Assembly (NCBI GenBank): GCA_023390775.1
Contig: JAEWCF010000014.1
Location: 2,881-66,880, forward strand
From: Bacteroidota bacterium
GTDB taxonomy: Bacteria; Bacteroidota; Bacteroidia; Flavobacteriales; Flavobacteriaceae
Reading direction: 5' to 3'
DNA length: 64,000 nucleotides
Below, in pieces: positions 47,711 through 55,414 of this stretch. Each line of letters starts with the position of its first letter. Position 1 is the first letter of the stretch. Both the position numbers and the translations under genes were made by a program. The notes beneath the pieces were generated by a model that saw nothing but the letters and a program-made list of their open reading frames with translations, was not told the DNA's origin and searched no databases.

Positions 47711-47962
47711 ATGCGAAAAGCCATGGAGTATTTTGTCATTGCCGCCACCTTTACCTACCCCCATGAAATCGCCGTCCTTCGGCACAGGCTCGAACAGGAA
47801 GGCATCGCCCATTTTTTTGAAAACGAAACCATGCTCTCGGTAGCGCCCTTTTACTCGTTCGCCCTCGGAGGGATCAAGCTCAGGGTGCACCGGGACGATC
47901 TGGCTCAAGTCAAGTCCATCGTCGAAGGCTTATCCAAAGGCGGGCATCTGAACATCGTCTGA
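47711..47962 (+). CDS. DUF2007 domain protein (putative signal-transducing protein fold)
   Basis: 83 aa; YPHEIAVLRHRLEQEGI...LRVHRDDLAQ resembles DUF2007. Confidence 0.6.
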   Translation: MRKAMEYFVIAATFTYPHEIAVLRHRLEQEGIAHFFENETMLSVAPFYSFALGGIKLRVHRDDLAQVKSIVEGLSKGGHLNIV

Positions 47963-48423
47963 AGTTTTCAACACTAATTAAAAAACAAAACAAAAAGGGA
48001 AAATTTAAATTTTAAAAATGGAGGTTATTATGGGGTGTTGAAAAGCCGAATAAAATTTTGATTCGCCCGTTGTGTTTGTCCTTTATCTTTTTTATAACGT
48101 TTTATTAACATAACTGTCATGAGGTACGGTGCTGTTTTTTAAGCACTCATGAAGACTGTTCAACAGTTGTTGACAACCGGAATCTCGTCCAAAATGTGCA
48201 AAATCCGCTATGACCGTAATGGTTAAAAAATGACGTTTGCCTGCTGATAACTTCTAGAAAAATCGACGTGTTATTTTTTGGAAAATTGACCGGGCTTTTG
48301 GCATTATCAAAATCCCGATACCATCAAAAAGTATTTTCAAAAATCTGTCAACGGTTATCAACAGTTTTGTCAAAAACCGGTTAGCCGATGATTCACGGGG
48401 TTTACGAAAATTATCAACATCGC

Positions 48424-48447
48424 AAAAAAAAACCTGCCGAAGCAGGT
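48424..48447 (-). terminator. rho-independent terminator after the DUF1566 lipoprotein gene
   Basis: Hairpin ACCTGC-ttcg-GCAGGT followed by U8-9 on the minus strand, 20 nt after the stop. Confidence 0.75.
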
Positions 48448-48466
48448 CTCTCAAGGTTATGAATAT

Positions 48467-49603
48467 CTAGAAACGCCTGATCGGCCATGCCTTGGCGCCG
48501 GTGTATTGGTTTTTGGAAAGGAATTGGTAGGAACCATTTGAAAACGTCAGGCCAAATGCTTCAGTCGTTGAAAATTGTGACGACGTATACAGCGTGGAGC
48601 TGATCGTAAAGATTCCGGCGACCTTCAGATCATATAGGTAGTCGATCTCGTCCTTCGACGGCAGGAACCAGTCGCCCTTATTGTTGATGACCGCATTTTC
48701 GCACAGCCTGGCCGCACTGCCCGATGCGCTGCACGCCGCCGTGATGAGCCCGGTATTGTTCAGGCCCGCCCCCAGGTCATTGGACAGCCCGCTCACGAAC
48801 ATCGAACATCCCCACACAAGGTTATTGTGCGTCACATCATTTGGGGCCACCTCAAGGTAACGCCATCCATTTGTCGTCTCACCTTTGTCAAAGAAAACAA
48901 AGCTCCCCGATCCGCCAAGGTAACCCGCCGAGCGGAAGGTAACCTGGTTTCCGTAAAAATACTCGCCGTTAACCCTAACGTAGGAACGCAGGTAATAATT
49001 GGTATCCGGAGTTACGGAGTGAAAGCCTACGTAAGGAGCGACTTCCACCTGGCCGGCGCCGCCCGTTCCCGCCGAGATGTCCTCATTGTCGATCGTCGGA
49101 TTGGGGCTGCTGCTGTATACCACGCCGCGGTCATCCACTTCCTGGCCACCCGCAGGCAACACATTGATGGTTACCGTAAATCGTTTTGAAGAGATGTTCC
49201 TGACCATCCCGGTCTCCACGATCTTTGAAGTGGTAAACTGGATCTGGTTGCCGTAAAGGGTCGTCTCACCGTTACTCAAAACCGACCGTGCATAATAGGT
49301 GGTATTGGGTTGCAGCATGTAATAGATTTGGGCGGTAAAAGAAGTCTCCGAAACCTGGTTGCCCGAAAACCACTGGCTCGTTCCGTCATTCTGTGATGGA
49401 TTCTGGTTTGTCCCAACCACGAATCCGTAACTGTAATTGCCAATGTCGCGGCTGCTTTCTGCCGTAATGTTCGCCGTGAAGGGCGTTACGTTGCTGGCGG
49501 CCATGGTGGTCAGTTCGGTGTCTGCAAAGTTGCCGCCCGAATCTCCGTCGCCGCTGCACCCCGCCATTGCAATGGCCAGGAAAAGGGTAATGATTTTCTT
49601 CAT
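48467..49603 (-). CDS. lipoprotein with C-terminal DUF1566 (Lcl C-terminal-like) domain
   Basis: Lipobox LAIAMAGCSG. The C-terminal WRYLEVAP...WGC...CENAVINNKGDWFLPSKDEIDYLY matches the DUF1566 pattern. Two internal Ig-like repeats (YYxRS...NGE..YGNQ..F.). Confidence 0.7.
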   Translation of the reverse strand: MKKIITLFLAIAMAGCSGDGDSGGNFADTELTTMAASNVTPFTANITAESSRDIGNYSYGFVVGTNQNPSQNDGTSQWFSGNQVSETSFTAQIYYMLQPNTTYYARSVLSNGETTLYGNQIQFTTSKIVETGMVRNISSKRFTVTINVLPAGGQEVDDRGVVYSSSPNPTIDNEDISAGTGGAGQVEVAPYVGFHSVTPDTNYYLRSYVRVNGEYFYGNQVTFRSAGYLGGSGSFVFFDKGETTNGWRYLEVAPNDVTHNNLVWGCSMFVSGLSNDLGAGLNNTGLITAACSASGSAARLCENAVINNKGDWFLPSKDEIDYLYDLKVAGIFTISSTLYTSSQFSTTEAFGLTFSNGSYQFLSKNQYTGAKAWPIRRF

Positions 49604-49676
49604 TGTAAGGGTAAAAATTTAAGTGATAAGTGTGTTATTGTTTTTCCTCGGCCTTCCTCTGCGTGGCATTAAACCT

Positions 49677-49684
49677 TACTTTTG
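49677..49684 (+). promoter_or_regulatory. candidate -7 box TACTTTTG for rpiB
   Basis: TAnnTTTG match 49 nt upstream of the ATG. A GCCGGC-ttgcg-GCCGGC hairpin lies in the putative leader. Confidence 0.3.
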
Positions 49685-49732
49685 CATAAGCCGGCTTGCG
49701 GCCGGCAAATATATAATTTAAAGCTCTCAATT

Positions 49733-50164
49733 ATGAAAATCGCCATAGGAAACGACCATGCCGGCCCGGAATACAAAAAAGCCATCGTGCAGGAGCTCAA
49801 AATCTTGGGCCATGAAGTCCTGAATTTCGGAACCGACGGCGATGCCAGCGTGGATTACCCGGACTTCGGCCACCCCGTCGCGGAAGCCGTATCGTCCCAA
49901 AAAGCCGATTTCGGGATCGTCATCTGCGGCAGCGGGAACGGCATCAACATGACTGTCAACAAACACCAGGGAATCCGCGGCGCGCTTTGCTGGACAAAGG
50001 AAATAGCCGAACTCGCCCGCCAGCACAACGATGCCAACATCCTGAGCCTGCCGGCGCGGTTTACCTCAATTCCCCAGGCGGTGGCCATAACCAGGGCTTT
50101 TCTTGAAACCTCTTTCGAGGGCGGGAGGCATGCCAACCGCGTGGAAAAGATTTCGTGCCGATAA
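49733..50164 (+). CDS. rpiB: ribose 5-phosphate isomerase B
   Basis: MKIAIGNDHAG...ICGSGNGI...; 143 aa. Confidence 0.92.
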   Translation: MKIAIGNDHAGPEYKKAIVQELKILGHEVLNFGTDGDASVDYPDFGHPVAEAVSSQKADFGIVICGSGNGINMTVNKHQGIRGALCWTKEIAELARQHNDANILSLPARFTSIPQAVAITRAFLETSFEGGRHANRVEKISCR

Positions 50165-51067
50165 ATGTCCGGGGTCCACATCCACAAGCACGAAGTCAAG
50201 GGTAAAAACCTGCTGATTTCCATCCTGCTCAACGTCATCATCACCGTTGCCCAGGTGGTGGGCGGATTGGTATCGGGCAGCCTTGCGCTCATATCCGATG
50301 CCTTGCACAATTTCAGCGACGTGCTGTCGCTCGTGTTCAGCTATTTTGCCAACCGTCTTTCGCGTAAAAAAGCGTCCATCAACCAGACTTTCGGGTATAA
50401 GCGGGCCGAGATCATGGCCGCATTCATCAATGCGCTCACCCTGATACTGGTCGCGTTCTACCTGATATACGAGGCCTTCCAGCGCTTTTACGATCCGCAG
50501 GAAATCGCCACCGGATTGGTCATCTGGCTGTCTGTTTTGGGAATCGTGGCCAACGGGATTTCGGTCATGCTGCTCAAGGGGGATTCGGGAAAGAACATCA
50601 ACATGCGCTCGGCCTATCTGCACCTGCTCACCGACATGATGGCCTCGGTCGCGGTGCTTGTCGGCGGTTTGCTGATGAAATATTTCCAGTGGTTCTGGGT
50701 GGACAGCCTGCTCACGCTGCTCATCGCGCTCTATTTGGTATACGTCGGCTACGACCTGCTCAAGAAATCCACGCAGATGCTTATGCTCTTCACGCCCGAC
50801 CACATCGACATCAAGCAAATTGTGCGCGAGGTCCACAAGATTCCGGGCGTCAACAAACTGCACCACATCCATGTCTGGCACCTCAATGACGAGGAATTTC
50901 ACCTGGAGGCGCACCTGGATTGCACACATGATTTGACCCTTACCCAGTTCAACGAGCTCGTCCACAAGGTGGAACTTTTGCTTTTCGAGAAATTCCACAT
51001 CAACCATACCAACATACAACCCGAATTCAAGCGCACCGACCCCAAGAATTTCATCGTGCAGGATTAG
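50165..51067 (+). CDS. cation diffusion facilitator family transporter (CzcD/ZitB-like)
   Basis: Six TM segments, ALISDALHNFSD and HLLTDMM metal-site motifs, and a C-terminal cytoplasmic domain. Confidence 0.88.
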   Translation: MSGVHIHKHEVKGKNLLISILLNVIITVAQVVGGLVSGSLALISDALHNFSDVLSLVFSYFANRLSRKKASINQTFGYKRAEIMAAFINALTLILVAFYLIYEAFQRFYDPQEIATGLVIWLSVLGIVANGISVMLLKGDSGKNINMRSAYLHLLTDMMASVAVLVGGLLMKYFQWFWVDSLLTLLIALYLVYVGYDLLKKSTQMLMLFTPDHIDIKQIVREVHKIPGVNKLHHIHVWHLNDEEFHLEAHLDCTHDLTLTQFNELVHKVELLLFEKFHINHTNIQPEFKRTDPKNFIVQD

Positions 51068-51070
51068 GAC

Positions 51071-51145
51071 CTTTTCCGGCTTTACGCTGCAAGTCCTCGC
51101 CTTTGGCTGCGGGCTTTCTGCTTCAATCCGGGGTAGGGCAATTTA
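51071..51145. repeat. REP-like intergenic element (…GCTGCGGGCTTTCTGCTTCAATCCGGGGTAGGGC)
   Basis: Non-coding. It shares its terminal motif with the element at 8985..9060, in the opposite orientation. Confidence 0.4.
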
Positions 51146-51154
51146 GTGTTTACC

Positions 51155-53281
51155 ATGAACCAGATACAATTCATCTCTTCACAACTCCGGGTGCCGGAGC
51201 CGGGCATTGCCAAAACCGTTGAGCTCCTCGCCGCCGATTGCACCATCCCTTTCATCGCGCGCTATAGAAAGGATGCTACCGGTAACCTCGATGAAGAAGT
51301 GATCGATTCCATTGCCAAACTTGCCAGGCAGTATGAAGGAATCATCGCCAGGCGAGATTCGATTTTAAAATCCATCCGGGAACAGGGCCAGCTCACCCCC
51401 GAGCTCTCGGCGAAAATTTCAGCCAGCCTGGATCTGACGGAACTCGAAGATCTCTATCTGCCCTTCAAAAAGCGCCGCAAGACCCGCGCCGATGTTGCCC
51501 GCGAGAACGGCCTTGAACCCCTCGCCAAAATCATCATGTCGCAAAACCACCTGGACCCGGAAGGCGCGGCGCAACGGTATTTGTCAAATAAGGTGGAAAG
51601 TACCCAGGAAGCGCTGGCCGGAGCGCGCGATATCATCGCCGAATGGATCCATGAGAACGCCTACATCCGTCGCCAGCTCCGCAGGTTGTACCAAAACCGC
51701 GGTTCCATCGGCACAAAGGTGGTCCCGTCCAAAAAAGACGCGGAAGAGGCCGTAAAATTCAAACAGTACTTTGACTGGAGCGAACCCCTTTCCAAAACGC
51801 CCGCGCACCGGTTGCTGGCCATGCTCCGCGCCGAATCGGAGGGTATCGTGCGCCTTAAAATTTCCGTCGAGCAGGAAGATGCGCTATCCATAATCGGGAA
51901 AAACGTCATCAAATCGCGCGGTGAAAGCTCCCGCCAAATAGACCTGGCCGCCGAAGATTCATTTAAAAGGCTACTGGCCCCGTCACTTGCGGGCGAGGTG
52001 CTCACCGAGGCCAAGCAAAAAGCCGACATCGCCTCGATCAGGGTGTTTTCGGATAACATGTCGCAATTGCTGTTGGCCCCTCCCTTGGGCAGCAAGCGCA
52101 TCCTGGCGATAGATCCGGGATTCAGGAGCGGGTGCAAGGTCGTTTGCCTTGACCAACAGGGTAATTTACTCTATAATGAAACCGTCTTCCCGCACGCGCC
52201 GCAAGGGGAGAAAGCCATGGCGGGCAAAAAGATCAAATCGATGGTCAATGCCTATAAAATCGAGGCGATCGCCATCGGCAACGGAACCGCCTCACGCGAA
52301 ACGGAGGATTTTGTCCGAAAAATCGCGTTTGACCGCGACCTGCAGGTTTTTGTCGTGAGCGAGGCGGGTGCTTCGGTTTATTCGGCATCCAAGATCGCAC
52401 GGGAGGAATTCCCCACGCACGATGTCACGGTGAGAGGCGCGGTTTCCATCGGGCGGAGGCTATCGGACCCCCTCGCCGAACTCGTCAAGATCGATCCCAA
52501 AGCTATCGGCGTAGGCCAATACCAACACGATGTGGACCAAGGGTTGCTTCGAGACGAACTCGATGCGACGGTCATCAAGTGCGTCAACCGAGTGGGCGTG
52601 AATCTCAATACGGCAAGCCGTCATCTTTTGGCGTATGTTTCGGGCATCGGCGATAAATTGGCGGCAAACATCATTGATTTCCGCAACGCGAACGGTCCGT
52701 TCAAAAATCGCAGGCAATTAATGGAGGTTCCGCGGCTGGGCGCAAAGGCATACCAACAGGCGGCGGGTTTTCTTCGCATTATAGAGGGCGAGAATGTTTT
52801 GGATAATTCGGCGGTTCATCCCGAGGCCTATGGAATTGTCGAGAAGATGGCCATAGACCAGGGGTTAAAAGTTAGTGACCTCGTAGCAAATGAGGCGGTT
52901 GTCCAAAAAATTGAGCCTGAAAAATACGCGTCTCCCGAATTTGGCCTTCTCTATATCAAGGACGTCATCACGGAATTGAAGAAACCGGGCGTGGATCCAA
53001 GGCAGTCGGCGGCAATGTTTGCGTTTGACTCACGTGTCCGGATCATTCAGGACCTGCACGAGGGGATGATCTTGCCGGGAATTGTTAACAACATCACGAA
53101 TTTTGGATGTTTTGTCGATATTGGCATCAAGGAAAGCGGATTGGTGCACATCTCACAGCTGAAAGCCGGTTTTGTCAGGGATGTCAACGAAGTGGTAAAA
53201 CTGCACCAGCATGTCCAGGTTAAGGTGACGGGCATAGATACTGCAGCCAAAAGGATCGCCCTTTCAATGGTACTGGATTGA
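51155..53281 (+). CDS. Tex-like RNA-binding transcriptional accessory protein
   Basis: Tex N-terminus (IPFIARYRKD), YqgF/RuvX-like and HhH regions, C-terminal S1 domain (GIVNNITNFGCFVDIG). Confidence 0.92.
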   Translation: MNQIQFISSQLRVPEPGIAKTVELLAADCTIPFIARYRKDATGNLDEEVIDSIAKLARQYEGIIARRDSILKSIREQGQLTPELSAKISASLDLTELEDLYLPFKKRRKTRADVARENGLEPLAKIIMSQNHLDPEGAAQRYLSNKVESTQEALAGARDIIAEWIHENAYIRRQLRRLYQNRGSIGTKVVPSKKDAEEAVKFKQYFDWSEPLSKTPAHRLLAMLRAESEGIVRLKISVEQEDALSIIGKNVIKSRGESSRQIDLAAEDSFKRLLAPSLAGEVLTEAKQKADIASIRVFSDNMSQLLLAPPLGSKRILAIDPGFRSGCKVVCLDQQGNLLYNETVFPHAPQGEKAMAGKKIKSMVNAYKIEAIAIGNGTASRETEDFVRKIAFDRDLQVFVVSEAGASVYSASKIAREEFPTHDVTVRGAVSIGRRLSDPLAELVKIDPKAIGVGQYQHDVDQGLLRDELDATVIKCVNRVGVNLNTASRHLLAYVSGIGDKLAANIIDFRNANGPFKNRRQLMEVPRLGAKAYQQAAGFLRIIEGENVLDNSAVHPEAYGIVEKMAIDQGLKVSDLVANEAVVQKIEPEKYASPEFGLLYIKDVITELKKPGVDPRQSAAMFAFDSRVRIIQDLHEGMILPGIVNNITNFGCFVDIGIKESGLVHISQLKAGFVRDVNEVVKLHQHVQVKVTGIDTAAKRIALSMVLD

Positions 53282-53314
53282 CGCAGTGAACTACCGAAAA
53301 TAATATTTTAGCTG

Positions 53315-53726
53315 TGGTTTTTCCTCATTGGAATCTTCCTGGAATTCCATAGGGAATACATAACCCGCCTCCCTAACCCAAAGGTACTACGCCGCGAAAT
53401 ACACGACCTCCGGCTTAACCGCTTCAAATGCTAAATTTAACCCGACCCGCGAGAACAACAAAAACGCGCATTTTAGGATAAGATATGGTTTTCCCTCAAT
53501 TGACCCTCCCTCAAATTTCGTAGGGAATATATTACCCGCCTCCCTAACCCAAAGGTACTTCACCACGAAATATATAACCTACGGCTTAACCGCCTCAAAT
53601 ACTAAATTTAACCGAACCGCGAGAAAAACAAGAACGCGCATTTTAAGATTAACTATGGTTTTTCTTCAATTGAATCTCCCTCAGATTTAGTAGGGAATAT
53701 AACCCGCCTCCCTGAAACCAAGATAC
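53315..53726. repeat. non-coding tandem repeat, unit about 170-171 bp, about 2.4 copies
   Basis: Unit starts (TGGTTTTyCyTCAaTTG...) at 53315, 53486 and 53656. There is no ORF of 60 aa or more on any frame. Confidence 0.85.
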
Positions 53727-53803
53727 GGATCGGCAAATTACAAGTGATGCGTGAAAACCGCCGTAATAGTTAAACTTTTTACGGTATCGATTGAAGATTG
53801 CAT

Positions 53804-53828
53804 AAAAAAAGCCGCCCTCACGGACAGC
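53804..53828 (-). terminator. rho-independent terminator after tatA
   Basis: Hairpin GCUGUCC-gtga-GGGCGGC (with G-U pairs) followed by U7 on the minus strand. Confidence 0.6.
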
Positions 53829-53853
53829 TTCCCTTTACACTATATCTAGTTGA

Positions 53854-54036
53854 TCAAGCCTTGGTCTCGTCCTGCTTTTTGGACGTCGCGTGGCCATTTT
53901 CATCCTTGGCGGCATTCTTGAATTCCTTGATGCCGGTTCCAAGCCCTTTCATGAGTTCGGGAATTTTCCTACCCCCGAATAGCAACAATATGATGGCCAG
54001 AATGACCAGGATCTCAGTAACGCCGAATCTTCCCAT
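53854..54036 (-). CDS. tatA: twin-arginine translocase TatA/TatE family subunit
   Basis: 60 aa: N-terminal TM plus an amphipathic helix, [24 protein letters not shown]. Confidence 0.9.
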   Translation of the reverse strand: MGRFGVTEILVILAIILLLFGGRKIPELMKGLGTGIKEFKNAAKDENGHATSKKQDETKA

Positions 54037-54075
54037 AACTTAAATTATTAGCGCAGAGCGCCTTCATTAACCGCG

Positions 54076-54083
54076 CAAAGATA
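54076..54083 (-). promoter_or_regulatory. candidate -7 box TATCTTTG for tatA
   Basis: TAnnTTTG match on the minus strand, 40 nt upstream of the ATG at 54036. Confidence 0.35.
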
Positions 54084-54170
54084 GGAAGAAATTGACACTG
54101 GCGGTTTTCCATTTCCCAAATATTTATCTTTTAACACCAAAGCCAAAAAGCCGACGCACCCATTAATTGC

Positions 54171-54178
54171 TATATTTG
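54171..54178 (+). promoter_or_regulatory. candidate -7 box TATATTTG for the M23 peptidase gene
   Basis: TAnnTTTG match 11 nt upstream of the ATG at 54189. Confidence 0.35.
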
Positions 54179-54188
54179 CCGGGAGGCT

Positions 54189-55058
54189 ATGGCAGCAAAG
54201 AGACACAAGCGAAAACAGATCCGTAAAAAGCTGTTCACCAAAAACAGGCTTGTGATCCTCAATGAAGATTCTTTTGAAGAGGTTTTTTCGCTGCGATTGA
54301 CCTTGATGAACGTGTTCGTGGTCGCCACGCTCGGGGCCGTCCTTTTGATTTCCGTTACCACCTACATCATCGCATTCACGCCACTTCGCGAGTTCATACC
54401 CGGTTACGCTTCCACCGAACTTAAGCAGAACGCCACCCGCCTGGCTTTGAAATCGGATTCCTTGTCGGTCGCATTGAATCGCAACGAGGCCTATCTCGCA
54501 TCGCTCAAGAAAGTTTTGACCGGGGACCTCGATTACGCCAAATTGAACCGCGACTCCATCCTGGCAACCGACGCCCCGCGGGTAGATCCGGAATCTCTGG
54601 CACCCTCCAAGGCCGAAGTTGAATTAAGGCAACAGGTAGCCCGCGAGGACAAATACAATTTGTTTGAAAAGGCAGGCAAACGGACCGAAATCGTGTTTTT
54701 TGCACCCGCCAAGGGAATTGTGACTGAGAAATTCGATGCCCGCGCCCGTCATTACGCCACCGACATTGCGCTTCCAAAGGATACGCCCATCAAGGCTTCC
54801 CTTGGAGGCACCGTGGTTCTTGCCGATTGGACACCAACCAACGGCCATGTGTTGATCCTCCGGCATAACAACGGATTCCTTTCGGTGTACAAACACGCCG
54901 CCTCTTTAACCAAATCGCAGGGCGACGTTGTCAAAACCGGTGAGGTGATCGCCCTCGCGGGAAGCACCGGGCATCAATCTACCGGGGTTCATTTGCATTT
55001 CGAGCTTTGGAAAGACGGTTTTCCCATAAATCCTGAAAATTTTATCAGTTTCGAATGA
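54189..55058 (+). CDS. M23 family metallopeptidase (membrane-anchored)
   Basis: N-terminal TM, HYATDIA...GSTGHQSTGVHLHFELW (HxxxD / HxH motifs). Confidence 0.88.
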   Translation: MAAKRHKRKQIRKKLFTKNRLVILNEDSFEEVFSLRLTLMNVFVVATLGAVLLISVTTYIIAFTPLREFIPGYASTELKQNATRLALKSDSLSVALNRNEAYLASLKKVLTGDLDYAKLNRDSILATDAPRVDPESLAPSKAEVELRQQVAREDKYNLFEKAGKRTEIVFFAPAKGIVTEKFDARARHYATDIALPKDTPIKASLGGTVVLADWTPTNGHVLILRHNNGFLSVYKHAASLTKSQGDVVKTGEVIALAGSTGHQSTGVHLHFELWKDGFPINPENFISFE

Positions 55059-55414
55059 CAACCATTGTCGAAAATATGTTGATCATGCCGCTCCTGGTGG
55101 GACTGGTCTTTGTGATCGCCTCGATCATCACGCACCGGTTTCCCCCGCGCAAGATCAATTACCTTTACGGATATCGTACGGGTAATTCAATGAAGTCACA
55201 GGACCGATGGGATTTTGCCCAGAAATATTCGTCGCGGCGCATGCATGAGGCCGGGTTTGCGCTGATTGCCGTGTCGTTTGCAGGTTATCCATTGCCTCTT
55301 TCAGCCGAAGTGAAATTTTGGGTCGGAATCCTGCCGGCAATGCTTTCCTGCGTATACATTTTTCACAAAACCGAAAAAGCGCTTCGCCAACATTTCCCCG
55401 AATCCGAGTCATGA
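55055..55414 (+). CDS. SdpI family membrane protein
   Basis: 119 aa; NYLYGYRTGNSMKSQDRWDFAQ is typical of SdpI/YhfL. 4-nt overlaps with both neighbours. Confidence 0.7.
   Translation: MTTIVENMLIMPLLVGLVFVIASIITHRFPPRKINYLYGYRTGNSMKSQDRWDFAQKYSSRRMHEAGFALIAVSFAGYPLPLSAEVKFWVGILPAMLSCVYIFHKTEKALRQHFPESES

Noticed and set aside
48254-48454. 66-aa minus-strand ORF in the AT-rich spacer
   Set aside because: Low-complexity AT-driven ORF that overlaps the terminator hairpin of the upstream gene. It has no start context. The region is treated as non-coding.
50066-51019. 317-aa ORF on the minus strand
   Set aside because: Antisense to the CDF transporter, whose TM and metal-site motifs are clear. 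Judged a shadow ORF.
53315-53726. Possible CRISPR array
   Set aside because: The repeat unit is about 170 bp, with the whole unit repeated and no unique spacers. No cas genes are nearby. Kept as a tandem repeat instead.
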